A stretch of DNA of 64,000 nucleotides from Chrysomallon squamiferum (lineage: Eukaryota > Animalia > Mollusca). The stretch lies in NCBI GenBank assembly GCA_012295275.1, contig CM022670.1, positions 2,046,001 to 2,110,000 of the forward strand, in the 5' to 3' direction. Every line of letters starts with the position of its first letter. Positions within the stretch are counted from its first letter, which is position 1. Below are positions 38,927-53,509 of this stretch, piece after piece. Below the pieces are notes generated by a model, which did not search any database, had not been told where the DNA came from, and saw only the letters and a list, made by a program, of their open reading frames with translations. The position numbers and the translations under genes are program-made.

Positions 38927-41900
38927 GCAATAATCATAATAATAATAATAACAACAACAATAAATATAATAATAAAAGTAATAATAATAATAATTATTAT
39001 GTTGATAAGTAAAATTATAATAATGATGATAAAAACAACAGTAATGATTATGATAATGAGAAGAATTTTTTATTAATGAAAAGAGAAGTATTTTTTATTA
39101 TCAGAATGAATGGGAAAAAGATGACAGCACAACTACTCACTTGTTAAATCCTGTTACAAACAGATATTGTCCATTCAGTACCCACACAACACGAGCACCT
39201 CGACTTCCTTCTGGGCCTGCACCTTCCTGGATGACAAAAGTGATTGGTTTGAAGACAGCAATTTTTTTTAATTTTATGTTTTACAAAAATACGTGTTTTG
39301 TGTGTTTCTGAATGATGAAGATAAATCAGCAGACATCTCATCATGCTTGTTTTACAGTGTGCTTTAAGAAATAAATTGCTGTACTCACTTTCAAAGGATG
39401 TGGACTGGTTCTTGGTTCGTATATTCTTATTTTGCCATCTTTGCACACAGTGGCACACTGGTTTCCATCAGGACTCCAAGCAAAGCAAAATGGCTAAATT
39501 GGACAGAGAGTTAAATTTACGTATAAATACAATTATTTCTGCTATAACAAAGACACCAAATTTTTATTCACTGAGATTTTATTTAGTATTTTTTTTATGG
39601 TGCACTTCATATAATTATTGTTGTATTATAGGCAGTATTATTACATATTTTATTAAGGTTATATTACAGAATGTTATTGTCTTGATACACCTGATCTATT
39701 AATCATGTGTTGCTGTATCAGATGGTCAATATTTTATTATATCTGTTTTTCCGCTGTTATTAAATTTACCGGTACAGAATAACAAGAGCTTGATAACATT
39801 CATCCTCTCTTTACACTCAGTTCAAAGGAACTTTTGTTATTTTTTATGTTCTATATTGCACTGGAACCTTTTATGGTATATATATATATATATATATACG
39901 AGAAAAAATACAAAATATATCACAGAAATCTAAATAAAAAGTTTGAGAAAATAACATAATTTTGCCTCTCATACTTAAAACTGAAATAATTATTTAATTA
40001 GAACAATAATAATAAAAAATTGCTGTAATATAAAATCTTTGCCATTCTGTTATTATTTTAACAACTTGCAAAAATTAAAACTCATTCTAAATACAGTACT
40101 TTCATGCACACAGTTTATAAATAAACTATTAATTTGTCAAAGCAACAGTCTGCAACTTACAGCATCAGTGTGTCCCTGTAACTGAATTTTCTCCTGACCA
40201 TCTGTTAAATCCCATATTCTCACAGTCAGGTCATATGAACCAGAAACTAGAACATCTTTAGCCAGAGGATGATAGACAACAAAATAGATTTTCTCTGTAT
40301 GTCCTAAAATTAAACATAAAAGAAGTGTTATCTTTTATTAAATGAAAAAAATGAACAGAAAGAAACTAACATTCTTAATGACCTGGAACAAGAAAATCAT
40401 CAGCCTCTGGGTATCAATAAAATACTACAGATTAACTGAAAAATGTTATTTAATTAGCACAGCAGAGCTCATTGATTTTTATTCTCAGAACATAGCATAC
40501 AGCAAAAATTATCATAAATGACTGAAAACCTCTACTAAAATAGAATAAATTAAATAGTTTAACTCATTAAGATTTTATTTATGTTTACCTATGTATTTTC
40601 TTTTATTTATGTTTACCTATGTATTTTCTTTTATTTATGTTTACCTATGTATTTTCTTTTATGTTTACCTATGTATTTTCTTTTATTTATGTTTACCTAT
40701 GTATTTTCTTTTATGTTTACCTATATATTTTCTTTTATTTATGTTTACCTATGTATTTTCTTTTATTTATGTTTACCTATGTATTTTTTGTATTTATGTT
40801 TACCTATGTGCATTTGTTTTTGTTTCCCCTACCACAGGTTAATCTATTTATTTAACTATTTAGAAAATGGCTAACCTTTCAAAACACCATCTGAATTAAC
40901 AAGTGTAGAAAATAGACCAACTTCTGGAAGCTGCCAAATGTGAATTTTAGCATTATCACAAGCTGAAAGAAAAGAAAATTTATTATTTAGTTCTACAGTA
41001 GAAAAACATAAGTTGAAGAAAGTTTTTAAACTTAGAGTTTGTTCATAGTGCACATTTTACAAAATTAAATTTATTAACAGTTACTGACTTCTACCATAAG
41101 ACTTGTATTTGCTGATATATCATCTAGATATCAGTTCCTGCACTGAAGGTCTTGTGTTTTGTCTCCAACACAGAGATGCCTTTCCCTCTAAGTAACACAG
41201 TATATTTATTCCAGTCCTAAACTGGTGTTTTACATTTTAATGGTTCAGCTGTATAATTAGCAACTGTTAATTAGACATAATATACTAAATATAAGTTTTA
41301 GGAGGCTGCTTCTGGTATCTTTGAAAATGTCTTTCCATTCTGTTTTCAGCAATAACAAGTTTATCAAGATCCAGTAAATTTGAAATTTCTTTTGTTGTTT
41401 CAACTTAAAGTATGAACTTTATACTGTTTAAAACACTTACCTACAACCAGTCTACAGTCATCAAATGGATCCCACAAGAAATCTTGAACTTTGCTGCCAT
41501 GTTGTAAATAAGGTATGTCTGTGTCTGGCAGTTTGCCAGGCTTGTCAAGCTGAAGTTTAAAAAACATGCTGTATATTTCAAACTAATTTATCTAGCTATA
41601 TATTTTTTAGTTTTTTTATCATGTTAGAAATTTAAGGTAAAATCTTAATTGAAGTAATGTGAGAAATTAATAGATAAGGCATAAAAAAAATATATTATTT
41701 TATTTATTTTCTGGGATATAAAAAAATGAAAGACTCTGTACTTTAGCATGTACTGTTTGGTTACATTCTATCATTGGCAAAATGTGGTGACTAAAAACAA
41801 TCAGACAAAATTCAAATGTACAAGTTATTAATTAAATACTTCATGTTTTAGATACTCACTTCTAATACTGAAATGAGTCCACCAGCACCTTCAATTGGGA

Positions 41901-44900
41901 TAGCGCACCGCTGTCTGTTAGCACAAAACATGTTGCTTTCACCAGGAACTGTTTTACACAAGTTTCTGATATTTTCTATGTGAAGACTTCGATGCAGACA
42001 TTTACCTTCTAGATGACGGAACTTGGACTGTCGAATACCTACAAAAACAAAATGAATAGGAAATATGTAAACTTACATAGCTAATAACTGGTAACTCAAA
42101 AACCAACTTACATACGTTTCCACTAAAATGAATAAAATATATTTATTTATTTATTTATTACAAAAGAATAAAGTTAATCAGTTGCATGTCTGTCAAAAAT
42201 TCATGAAGAACTATTTAATGTATTTTGATTTTTAGAACAACAGACATCACAAGTCACCTGTAAACTTCTTCACCACTCTTTGTGGAACAGGACTGGCCTC
42301 TTTGTGAGATGTATTCTCTTCCACAGAAAGATGTTCTACTTGTTCATCAACATTAGTGTCCTTGTCTGAAAGACTGGATCTGGAATTTTCTTCAGAAGAT
42401 TTTTTCTTAAAATCTTTCTCAATACTGGTTCGGGTACCATTCTGAGTATGAGAAATTTCTTCTTTCCCTTTGTCATTCAATTTAGACTCAGTCATTTCCA
42501 CTTTAGATTTCTGAAGATTGAAAATATAAAATTGTTTAACACAAAAGTCAGTCTTGAGAATTAGGTAATATCATCCCTGTGTTATTCTTTTTATTTCTCA
42601 AAAAGCCTTTGATAATACTTATAAATAATAAATATAACATTAACAAAGGATATTTATTTGTAGAATACTTTTAATATTCAAATTATTTGAACTTTAATAT
42701 TTACTTAACAATGGTTAAATCATTAAGACTCAAAATTAGTTTTTTAACTTCTATAAGATAAAAGTGAATATATATCAATTGCGTGTATGTTTTCTTTTAT
42801 ATACATTCATATTCTTTTGGCTTTTTTATTTTATATATTTTTTTTAATTATGCAAATTTTGCCATACATTTACAATTAAAACATTAAAATTCATTTTACC
42901 TGCAGTATGTTGCTGTCTCCAGATCCACGAATATCAGTTTGTGTTTTCTGTGGAGTGTGAGTTTTAGCACCAAACAAAGCCCCATGTCGACTGAAAGACT
43001 TGTGATGACCAGATGGATTTAAGCTGATTTTAGACACCTGTCAGTTCAAAATTAAAAACAACTCTTTATATATATACATTATACTCATTTATCTTTTCAC
43101 ATATACTTTTTAAATTAATAAATTATCTGAGTTAAGATTTTATAAAACATCTTCCTTCTATAGCTTAGTTAGAATTTTAAGAAACCATTTTTTAGAGAAA
43201 CAGATTTAACGTCATTAATTTATTGTATACCTTATAAATATTAAATTTATTAATATGTTGAAGTACTATTTTTTTTTAAATTAACAAATCTATGATGGAG
43301 AATGACCCAAGATCCACTCAGCCTTCAATGAATAAACTACCAATGAATTATGTTTCACACACTTAATTAAGTAAAAATTTCAAATAATTGTTTTAAATAA
43401 TGGTAATTATTACTGAGTAATGTACATCTCCTCATTTTCACTTTTAAGCCACAAGATCAGCTTGTGCAACTTTAAATAAAAGTCTTATTTGATTACCTCT
43501 CCATTTTCCCCACTAAACCACTGGCTGGCAGTGAGAGCTGGTTCACCTGAGGCTGTGTCTGGGAACAGATCATCATGATAATCTCTGTACGACTGTGACA
43601 CAAATAAATGTAATTTGTGATAACTTGAAATGCTTTTTATTGGGTTCAGTTAGTATACTGTATAGTGTTAACCTACTGGATTTTATTCTACTCTTCTTTT
43701 TGTTATGAAACAAATGAATGAATGAATGAAAGGATGGATGAATAAATGAATGAATGAATGAATGGATGAATGAACAGATGGATGGATGATGGATGATGGA
43801 TGAAATTACCAATGCATGAATTAGTTAATTAATTGATGGATTAATTTATAAATACTAACAGCACAAAATAAAAAAACTAAAATTTATTTGTCTCTAATTA
43901 AAAGAAAATTACTCTTTATATATTCTCAAAACAAAACAATAATAATAATAGATTTTAAGTAGTACTTATGACTATATTTTATCACGTAGAACAATGGGTA
44001 TGTACCAAAATAAGTAAAATAAATTAACCTTGCGTGGTACAATGTATGGAGTTGGGATAATAGCATTCTGCACCAACAGCAACAGACGATTAACTTCTCC
44101 CTTCATCACATCCATTGCTCGCTTAGGTACAATTGCTGCTCCCTTTACTTGTTCCACATTTTCTGATGTGCCTGAAAATTCAAAACCATATTTATATATA
44201 AAGACTATTACAATATAATCAAAATGTTCGTGTTTAGGATGGTTTTTTATAATTATTTTATAGGTATTGAAAGTTTATTATTTCATGCAACTTCTACCAG
44301 TCATTTCAAGTGTTTACTGTAAACAGATTTTAAATACAACTCTTAAATATAATTAGTTTTAAATAATACATTCAAAAACAGTTTTGATATTTAAATATTT
44401 AAAACAAATTAATAAGATTTTCTGATGATAACAAAAAGTTAATGTCAGCATTTTCTAATTTAAAGTGCTTAAATCATTATTTTACAAAATTTTAAAATCA
44501 CAGAGTTTTGAATCACATACTCTGCAATCACATTTCATGTTGTCATTTTTTAAAACATTTCATAAAAATTTCTGCAAAAATGGAAAAGAACATCTTTTTG
44601 TTCTTAAATTATTTAATTTAATAGCAAATGCAGTATGATTAATGAAAAGCAAATAAAATATATACCATCTGTGAGATATGGAGAATTTTCAGTCAGCTCT
44701 ATAAATTTTAAATTAGTGTCCCCCTGAAAAAGCAAAACAGTCAGAATTTTCCAACAAATATTAAAAACAAAATAAAAATTTATTTTAATACTAATTTAAA
44801 TCATTCCTGGAATAATACTGTTTAACCAGGAAAAGATTTGTGTTTTCCTGAAAATATTTACAGTATAATTAAAGTTAATTATTAGATAAGAATTATAATA

Positions 44901-47831
44901 TTCATAATAAAATTAGAAAATTTATATAATTCCACTTGCCTTTCCCACAATAAAAATCATATCTGTGTCTTGGTCATAAAATGGCATTAAAATTCTGAAA
45001 AAACAAAATAAGTCATTTTTATTTTGCAATAAAACTTTTGATAACTATTTGATCAAGATGAGGAAAAAATAATGTTATTTCTATAGTCACAAAGAATATA
45101 TTCCATAATTCTAAAATAAATATATTAATAATATAGATTAGTTCAGTATTACCATAGTAACAGAATATATTTTCAGACACTTTAAAATGCATGGATAAGT
45201 CTGTTGCAGAGAAAAAAATATATATTACAGAGCCATTCTTCTCTTTTGTGACATTTTAGTGATTCAGATGTTAAAAATATTAAGCCAATGTAAGAATGTG
45301 TTTAATTCTGTTACCCAGTCGAGGTGTCTAGAGACACTGTTGATAAACTGGAAGTGAATTTCCTACAGTCCCACAGTCCAATGCAGCGACTTCTCATCTG
45401 AAAAAACAAAACATTGCTGAAATGTCAGGAAAATGTTTTGGTTTTCCTTAACAAAATATAAAATAAAGCATGGCTTTTTAAGAAAAATTTTATATATATA
45501 TATATTTCTTCTTTTTTTTTCTTACCTTTTCTGATATATTTAAATTTCAAAATTTATTATCTTTTATAATTAACAAGACTAAAAAACAGTTTCATTATTA
45601 AATTAATTTATATTTATGTAAGAACAGATATTTTGTCAAGAAGGTGCAGAAAAGATTTACCTGATTAAATCCAGTTGACATAATAATATCTTTGTTTCCC
45701 ATCCACAAAACTCTAGAATCCTTAATGTTTTGGTGTCCTTTTGTTTCCTGATTTTAAAAATAAGTCCATTTAATAATAAAATTATTACAACATCAGCATT
45801 AACAATTTCATAACAGCTATTAAAAGATATAAACTTTGTTTTAAAGTTAAATGTATAAATTGATTTTAACTGATTTTTTTTCTTTTTTTTTTTTTTTAAG
45901 TGTTAAATATATCTTCAAAAGTTGTCTTTAAAATATTTAAAATAAATAATTGCATGAAATAAACTAATAAGAAAACAAAATCCACTTGAAATATTTAATA
46001 ACAGCTCTAATATATTTCTTCTCCTTTATTTAAGAAAACTTCTAAGTTTCATATATGCATACACACATACTATATAAATAACATTTTAACACAGGTTATC
46101 AAGTAATACACATTTTTAAAATGTTTACTTGTGCTGCCTTGGTGCTGGTTCTTGGATCAAATATTCGTAACTTCTTATCTTTACATGATGTCGCCAATGA
46201 CGACCCATTACCACTCCATGAAATATTCTGAACCACATCTCCATGGCCATCCAGAACTGGAAAAAGCATTCTATTTTATTATTGTTTTAAATACATTACG
46301 CATATACAAAAGAATGAATTAAAGAATATTTAAGAGCACATGAAAAAATGTGTTAATTATAATAATATGAACTACAACAAATTACCAGTGGGTAATAATA
46401 GGTTATAATAATCATCACAGTGACAGAATGGCACATTCCATGTCTTTACATATACTGATTTATTGATTGTGAGACATACTAGCTGTAATGGAATTAGGCC
46501 TACAGGCATATTGAAAGGATTAATCTTACAAACCATTACTCCTCAGTCAATGTTCTATTAAAATAAACTATAAATTCATCTTACAATAAAACATCTACAA
46601 ATATGCTTTTTGGAACAATTCCAATTCGGCTAAATTACTGATCCTCAAGTCATTTTTGAAATCAGTTCCTAAACATTACATTGTAAGGTAAAATGATATG
46701 AGTTATATTGCTAAGACAAACACAACATCAAATAGTTTACCAAATTTTGCTGCCTTGTTTACAACGTCATATATTTTAACTGTTTTGTGTGTAGAAACTG
46801 CAAGAACACCATCAGCTACTGGGTTCCACAAGACATTTTCTATTCGTTTTTCGTCAGGAGAAAGACACAGTGAGGCTGTGGAGAAACTGGTGAAAGATGA
46901 ATCCTCAGGTAAGAGCCACACTTTTACCTTAAAAAAAAAATAAATAAATAAATAAATAAAAAAATAAATAGGTAATGTAACACAAAAAAATGTAATAAAA
47001 TTTAAAAATTTAGCATCAAAACCCATGTTTTGTATTATAGGTTCTGTTCAATTATTTAGTCTGAGTGAAAAGATGAATAAAAATGATGCACAAAGGAAAC
47101 AGTTTCTGAGTGTGAACAAACTGGTGTGTTATTTAAAGTCATTCTAATTCTTACTGTGTTGTCTTGAGATCCTGTGGCTAACAAGTAGTCATCAAAAGGT
47201 GAGAAGTCAAAATCAGTGACAAAATCTGAAATAAAGAAATATTCACTTCAAACAAGCTGTTGTAAAAATGAGAATGATTACTTTCATTTTGAAATAGTTT
47301 ATTAGTCTGGTAAAAAGATTTTGTAAAAGCCTACAAATAATTCACAAATTTTCAAGTAAATGCTCAGGAAGAGTTTTGGAGAGAGTTGCCATTTTTGATA
47401 CTAACACAAGCCTTTGATAATGACAGTGAGTGAATGTAAACGGTTTACTATTATATACTGGGCTCATGTTAATTTTTATTTTACATTTGATCTAAGTGGA
47501 TGAAGCACAATGGCAAAACCAAGACATTGTGACATTCAAACAATATATACAAAACAGAAATATAGCCTGCTGAAAATAAAGTAATCTAATAGTAGTACAT
47601 GTATTTACATACCATAGGCATCTTAAGAAAAGTATTTTACCAGTATGTGCATTTAGCACTGGAATATTGTTTGCTTTTCGTCCTGAGTCTGTCAGTGGCA
47701 AAATTCCAAGATTTCCTCCCCCTAAAAACAGTGAAATACAAAATAAAATAAAAAATACAGTGAAAAATATATATACATGACTTCTCAAAAACATATTAAT
47801 GATAATCAATCAAAATGTTAGGGTTTTCTAT

Positions 47832-47865
<34 letters not shown>

Positions 47866-48571
47866 GTAGTGTAAATTAAAATTGTTAGCTTTAGCAATTG
47901 CTTTTCATAAATCCTAACACACACACACACAGAGACAGACATACACACACCTAAATTAATTTAAATTTAAAAGTAAAAAGAAACAGAAGACTGATGAGTA
48001 GTTTACCTGCAGAATCAATATTAAAAGCTATATATGAACAACTAGCTTTGATATAATTTCCACTTGATGCTACCAGGGATCCCACAGGTATTTCTGAAAT
48101 CCATTCCTAAATATAAAAAAACACATTTCCCATTTCCTTACTTTTTGACAGTATAATATTATGTAGCATGCAACTGGAGAAAATTCATAATCAAATTTTC
48201 ACAAATCAACTAATAAACACTATTATAAAATAATAAAACCATCTGCACAAGATTTATTAGTATGAACAATTAGTTTTTTTGAATACTTCAGAAGATTGTT
48301 TTTAAGTTTAGTTCAAACTTTTAAAATGTCTTAGTATTAATTTATAAACAATGCTGTAAAAAGTCATGGATACTTCCAATTTTCCATCATTCTTATGTTA
48401 CTGTATACAAAGAATAAATATATAAATAAAAAAAAATTGGTAAATACAACATTCTGGATCTATCCCTACAATTAGGCTATTATTATTTTTATTAACACTA
48501 GTTTGTACCTCCTTCCTGGGTATTTTTGGAGCAGCATTCTTGTATTTTGATACTTTGAATCGCCATGCCAT
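35914..48571 (-). CDS. CORO7: Coronin-7 (tandem WD40 coronin, POD-1 family), about 973 aa
   Basis: 26 phase-consistent coding exons: 48571-48509, 48106-48007, 47721-47641, 47225-47155, 46927-46741, 46256-46129, 45747-45661, 45397-45315, 44994-44940, 44723-44666, 44171-44029, 43592-43497, 43037-42900, 42510-42258, 42038-41860, 41549-41441, 40962-40876, 40303-40161, 39493-39389, 39226-39141, 38642-38504, 37945-37739, 37412-37277, 36901-36810, 36427-36341, 35922-35914 (2922 nt). N-terminus MAWRFKVSKYKNAAPK, second propeller start RQSKFRHLEG, two DLFPDT motifs, acidic C-terminus EGVDDDEWDD*. Confidence 0.95.
36195..36325 (+). mobile_element. Degraded SINE-like repeat fragment
   Basis: catgggctactccttctaattagcaa...ctttatatgcaccttcc...aggaaagcacat resembles a gastropod SINE as I recall it. 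Related decayed pieces at about 25600-25800 and 46385-46560. Confidence 0.4.
38078..38310. mobile_element. Second, decayed copy of the Tigger-like MITE in opposite orientation
   Basis: ccaaatctgaaacatttccagtcccaagcatttcaaataaaggattctcaaccta+TA aligns to the reverse complement of 11128-11185. gaaatccaaaaagct...aatccaaaatgttttctgaaaa aligns to the other end. Left boundary is approximate. Confidence 0.7.
38655..39000. repeat. (AAT)/(AGT) trinucleotide tract in a CORO7 intron
   Basis: Direct reading. Confidence 0.9.
40575..40810. repeat. Minisatellite, about 9 copies of a 24/28-bp unit (TTTATGTTTACCTATGTATTTTCT[TTTA])
   Basis: Near-perfect tandem copies. Confidence 0.95.
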
Positions 48572-50879
48572 TTTCTGACCTGGACTTTAAAAAGTAAATC
48601 TGAAATTTAAAGAAATAAAATAAGAATAATTCCTTTGAAAAAAAGAAAAAATGAAATTAATAGCAAATCTGGCAGAATTTTTACATAAATGGATTTTTTA
48701 ATTTACTTTTTTTTTTGTTTTTTTTTATAACTAAAAAATTATCAAAGATCACAAATGGATTTTATTATAATGATTTTTATACAGAAATGGTAAAATTAAT
48801 TACTAGTTATAAATACACACACACACACAAATATCAAATAAAAATTAATTTTTTATAATTTTACATTTACCATAAGTAAAAGTTACAGAGCACAGCTAAC
48901 ATTCTTAAATCACATAAAAAATAAAAAACACTGCTTTCAATCCAAAAAAAATGAATATACAGTATCCAAAAAATTCCTCCTTATCTAGTTACTTAATCCA
49001 TGTACAACTATGACAGTAAAAACTGAAAATCATTAAAACAAATTAAATTAATTTCCTGTCATAAACAGTTCTATATTCACTAAAGCAGGAAGTATATGCT
49101 GACTCCAGTATAATGAACTGTGACATAGATCAATCTAAGTTAAAATAAACTGAATATTTACTTATTATTCAATACTTATAACCATGATGACAGGTGATGG
49201 TAGATAAACTTAATTCACATATTATAATATTATAACACAGTATATATATATATAAAGGCTGCTCCTGTCATACCCCAAGGACTAAAGCTTTGACACAACA
49301 TGTTACTATTTTATTTCCTTCTCAAACAGTCTGAACTCTTCTTGCTTTGTAAAGCATGTTACACAAAATAATTTAAATTAAATAAGTAAAGAAATAAGTG
49401 ACAATAAGGTACTTGATATTCATAAAGCATTACAAAAACTTTATTTCACAACATTCTGTTTTAACCTTGGCTAAATAAAAATCTTTGAAAAACATAATGT
49501 GTGTGCCAAATCAATGCTTTTCCACTGGAACAATAAAATCTAATTATATATGCACGTGACAAAAACCATCTCTGCACCATAGTGAAACATTTCCTGAATT
49601 TTGTCATGCATAATCACCCTCTTTGAAAGGTCTCCTCATTCATGTTTCTGTTTTATCATTATTTTCACATATTTTCAAAAAATATATATATCATGTAGTA
49701 GTTTAGATATTCAGCTTCATCTCTTTATTTGTTTCTTGACACATGATCTTTGACAAACTGAAAAGTTCGATGTTTTGTTTGTTTTATTAGGTAATTATAT
49801 GGCTTAATATTCCAGTTTTTGATAACATTAAATATTTTTTTTCTGATAAAGATGTTTACTATTAAGAAAGTTCTTAGCAAGTTAGATTTTTATCAATTTT
49901 TAAAGATCTATATAAGGAAAATTAACACTAAGAATGTTATTAATTACTAGGTAAAAAACTGAATGTTAGCAAAATGGTTGAATATGTAAAGGCCTTTATC
50001 ACTCATTAGTCTTGAAAAATTATCATTTTATACCCTGGTTTAATTTCTACATTATAATATATATATATATATATATTCATGAGTCTTAGCAGCATGCTCA
50101 AAAATACTGCATAGCTCCAGAAATTATGAAAATCTTCACTTGATATTATAATGCATGTATACTGGTGTGAAACACCATGTTGCCAAATGAGAAAAAACAA
50201 ATTAGTTTTTCTGTAGATTCTGAAGGAAAAATACTGGCAAATTGTATTCAGATAAAATTTCATAACTTCTTTCATATGATTCGTAACTTCTTTGCTTTTT
50301 TTTGATGACATATAATTTTACAGGAAAATGATATTTCTAAAAATTTTGTCACATACATAAATAATTCAGTGAATATTAAATGAAAAATGTTTTTGTACTC
50401 ATAAATTTCCATCTTACTCTCTTGCTGTAAACATATATAATTAAAAGTAACAGTTATTTACTTAGAGCAACATTAAAAAATAATAACAATAATAGTAATA
50501 ATAATAAAATTAAAGGCAGTTACAAACATTTAAAATTAAATTCATTAATTTTGTAAACACCACTCAGATAAGAACAAAGTAGAACACAAAGAAACTATAA
50601 AGATGAAAAAACTACAAGTAACAAACTTTCAAAATCAAAGGGGCGTTTCCCTATGACCATGTCAAATACAAAACTTAAACTCAGTGACTGAGTGAGTCAG
50701 TTTAATAACTATAATGTATTATTATTTTATTATATTTCGAGTATTAAAATTAAAAATTAAATTTGGTTCAACATCATAGAGAACACTCTTTCTCTTTTAG
50801 AAATAAGCAAAAGTTTAAAACAAGTGAAATATGCAGGATACTAATATTAAACAAAAGTTTTAAAAAGTAAAGTTTCTGA

Positions 50880-51178
50880 CCAGGAAATGATCGAACGAAA
50901 AGTAAGCAGACCACACTTTTCTTGTTTCCGGTTTCAAATCTCACGAGATATTGCGATTTAATCCGAGAGGGGAACGAAAGGGCTTAAAATAAACGCTAGT
51001 AACTACTATACAGTGCTGCTAAATATATTAAATTAAATATAATTTAGGCTCAGTACTTTGAAACTACTACGCTATGCTTGGTTAAAATAAATGTTAAATC
51101 TTTCTGAGCATCAAAGATATACAACGACTGATTTACCTAATGAACTAAAATCCACTTTGAGAGGTTTTAAAATAAAAG
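50880..51178. promoter_or_regulatory. Bidirectional CORO7/DNAJA3 promoter
   Basis: Local CpG cluster between divergent genes; ETS-type TTTCCGGTT (about 50925) next to TCTCACGAGA (one mismatch to the TCTCGCGAGA palindrome). Plausible minus-strand donor CTG|GTCAGA at 50880 for a non-coding CORO7 exon 1, spliced to the acceptor at 48600. Confidence 0.6.
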
Positions 51179-53471
51179 ATGGCTGCGCTCAGTAGAACGT
51201 GCACGAATTTAATACGCAGAGGTGTGGGAAGGCAAAGAAAAACATTTTTGAACAAGCGACATTCGAATCGAAATGTTATATCCTGCTGTATATTCCATAC
51301 TTCACCTTGCTCTTTTTTATTTGCACAAAATAATTTTAAAATTGGTAAGCAGTCCCCGGTTTATTCGTTGGCTATTAATGTCGTAGTAAGATCATGATTA
51401 GGCTTATAGTTTCTTGGGTTTATTAGATTTGTCATGCCTATCATTAGTTTTGTGAACCTTTCTGAAAGTCGCCTATATGCTTTATGAAAAATAGATAATA
51501 AAAATTAAATTTTATTTCGAGACCCTCTAATAGGCTGATGCAATATTTTTGGAAGCTTAGGACTAGAAGATGGTCTTGTTCAGTTCATTTCAACTTGATG
51601 CCCTGACAGATTCTACTGCCAATAGAAACAACATTACATCATGATAATTTAAAAGAAAAAGATGATTACTCTGTTTTAAATAACGTTGAGCATGCACAGT
51701 GAATTATTTAAACTAATTATTAATTCGTAACATTGATTAAATTCTTTAAAATGTTTCTCTTATTTTTTTTCTACCTGAATTAACTAATAATAATAGTAAA
51801 AATGGCATGACTACAAATATCTTTTTAGATTTATCCTGAGACAATTGTTGAAGAAACAAACTTGTCTGAAAGATATTTGTAATTATATATAGTGGAAACA
51901 GATCTTTCATTTCCAGTGATAACCAAAAATTGCTTTTGTATTGCTGTCGCAGTATATTATGTACAGGAATCCTAATCTTTATATTTTGTTTCCCATATGT
52001 ATTATGTAGTAAAATATGCATGATTTTTACCCTTGAGAATAAACAGTGTCATTGTACAATTTGTTCAGTTAGACATTAATCTGTATACACATATGATTAA
52101 AACATTTTTTTTAAATTAAATTTGAAATTTTGTGTTTCAGGAATGTCACGATGTCCACATTTTACTGTTATTGCTGAGTTGCACACATCTGACTATAACA
52201 GAAAAAGAGATTATTATGAAGTTCTTGGAGTACCAAGAAATGCTGATGCATCCACTATCAAAAAAGCCTACTACAAGGTTAGGTTTCTGTAATAAAATAT
52301 ATTTATATACTGATTATTTTTGTTACTTTAAAAAACATCAACAGTTTTAGCCAAATAAGTATATAGAAAGGTGCACTTGGTTAAATTTCAGTTTCAGACA
52401 GCTTTCTTTAATGTGTATGTATGTATAGGTAGATATATTTATTTATTTTATTTTTTTATTATTTTATTTTTTTTAGCTTGCTAAGAAGTACCATCCTGAC
52501 CTGAATAAAAATGATCCAAATGGACAGAAAAAGTTTCAAGAAGTATCAGAAGCATACGAAGTGAGAAACATCAAAAGATTTCATATATATATTTTCCTTT
52601 CTATGTTGAAAATGAACTTTAAAAAAAAAAAAAAAATGTCTAAGACAGTCCAATATGTCATTGAAAAATAAATTTTGACTTGGGTGTTTTTGTTTTTGAA
52701 CCAATCAAAAAAAGTAGTAATTTTGAATTAGGTATTAATTGAACCAAGACAGTAGTATTTATATGTTATGGGAAAAGATGTAGATGAAAACTAACAGTTA
52801 AGTAACCATTAATATTAAGATATTGTTTAATAAATATTAGCATTTCATAAGGTGAAGTAAAGTTAATTAATAGGGTAATTCTAGTATAGGCAGTTTTTAA
52901 TCATTACTACAATAATAATTCATACATATAATTAACCATAATTAATGAAATATGTAATGTTATTACATTACAGACCATTTACTTCATACAGATCAACAAA
53001 ATACAATTTTCTTTTTTTATGTTTCATTGTTTATTTTTTATTTCAAGTAAATTATATTAAGCCTTTTTATCATAAAATGATGTCATCTCTGGGCCTAAGC
53101 GTGCTAGATAAAAGGTCTGCTTCTTTTTTTTTGACTGGCTTGTTTCACATTGTTGCAGGTTTTGAGTGATGATGACAAAAGAAGAGACTATGATACATTT
53201 GGAATGTCTGGTCCTGGGGCTGGGGCTGGAGCAGGACCAAGCCCAGGAGCTGAATGGACTAGACAAGCTGGTAGTAGAATGGGTGAATAATTTCATATTA
53301 CAGGGCTTTCCCCAGTATTTAATTCTTATGGCAGCCTTACTGTTAACCTAAAACATTGTTAATCATTTAAGATACTGTAACTGAAAGAAGGAAAAATAAA
53401 ATGTTGAAAAGTTAGTAAATTGTTGAATTCTAGAATTGATTTTATTTACTGACAAGAATTTAAAATATTGT

Positions 53472-53509
<38 letters not shown>

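Noticed and set aside
40575-40810. CRISPR-like array
   Set aside because: Head-to-tail repeats with no unique spacers, inside a eukaryotic intron, no cas genes.
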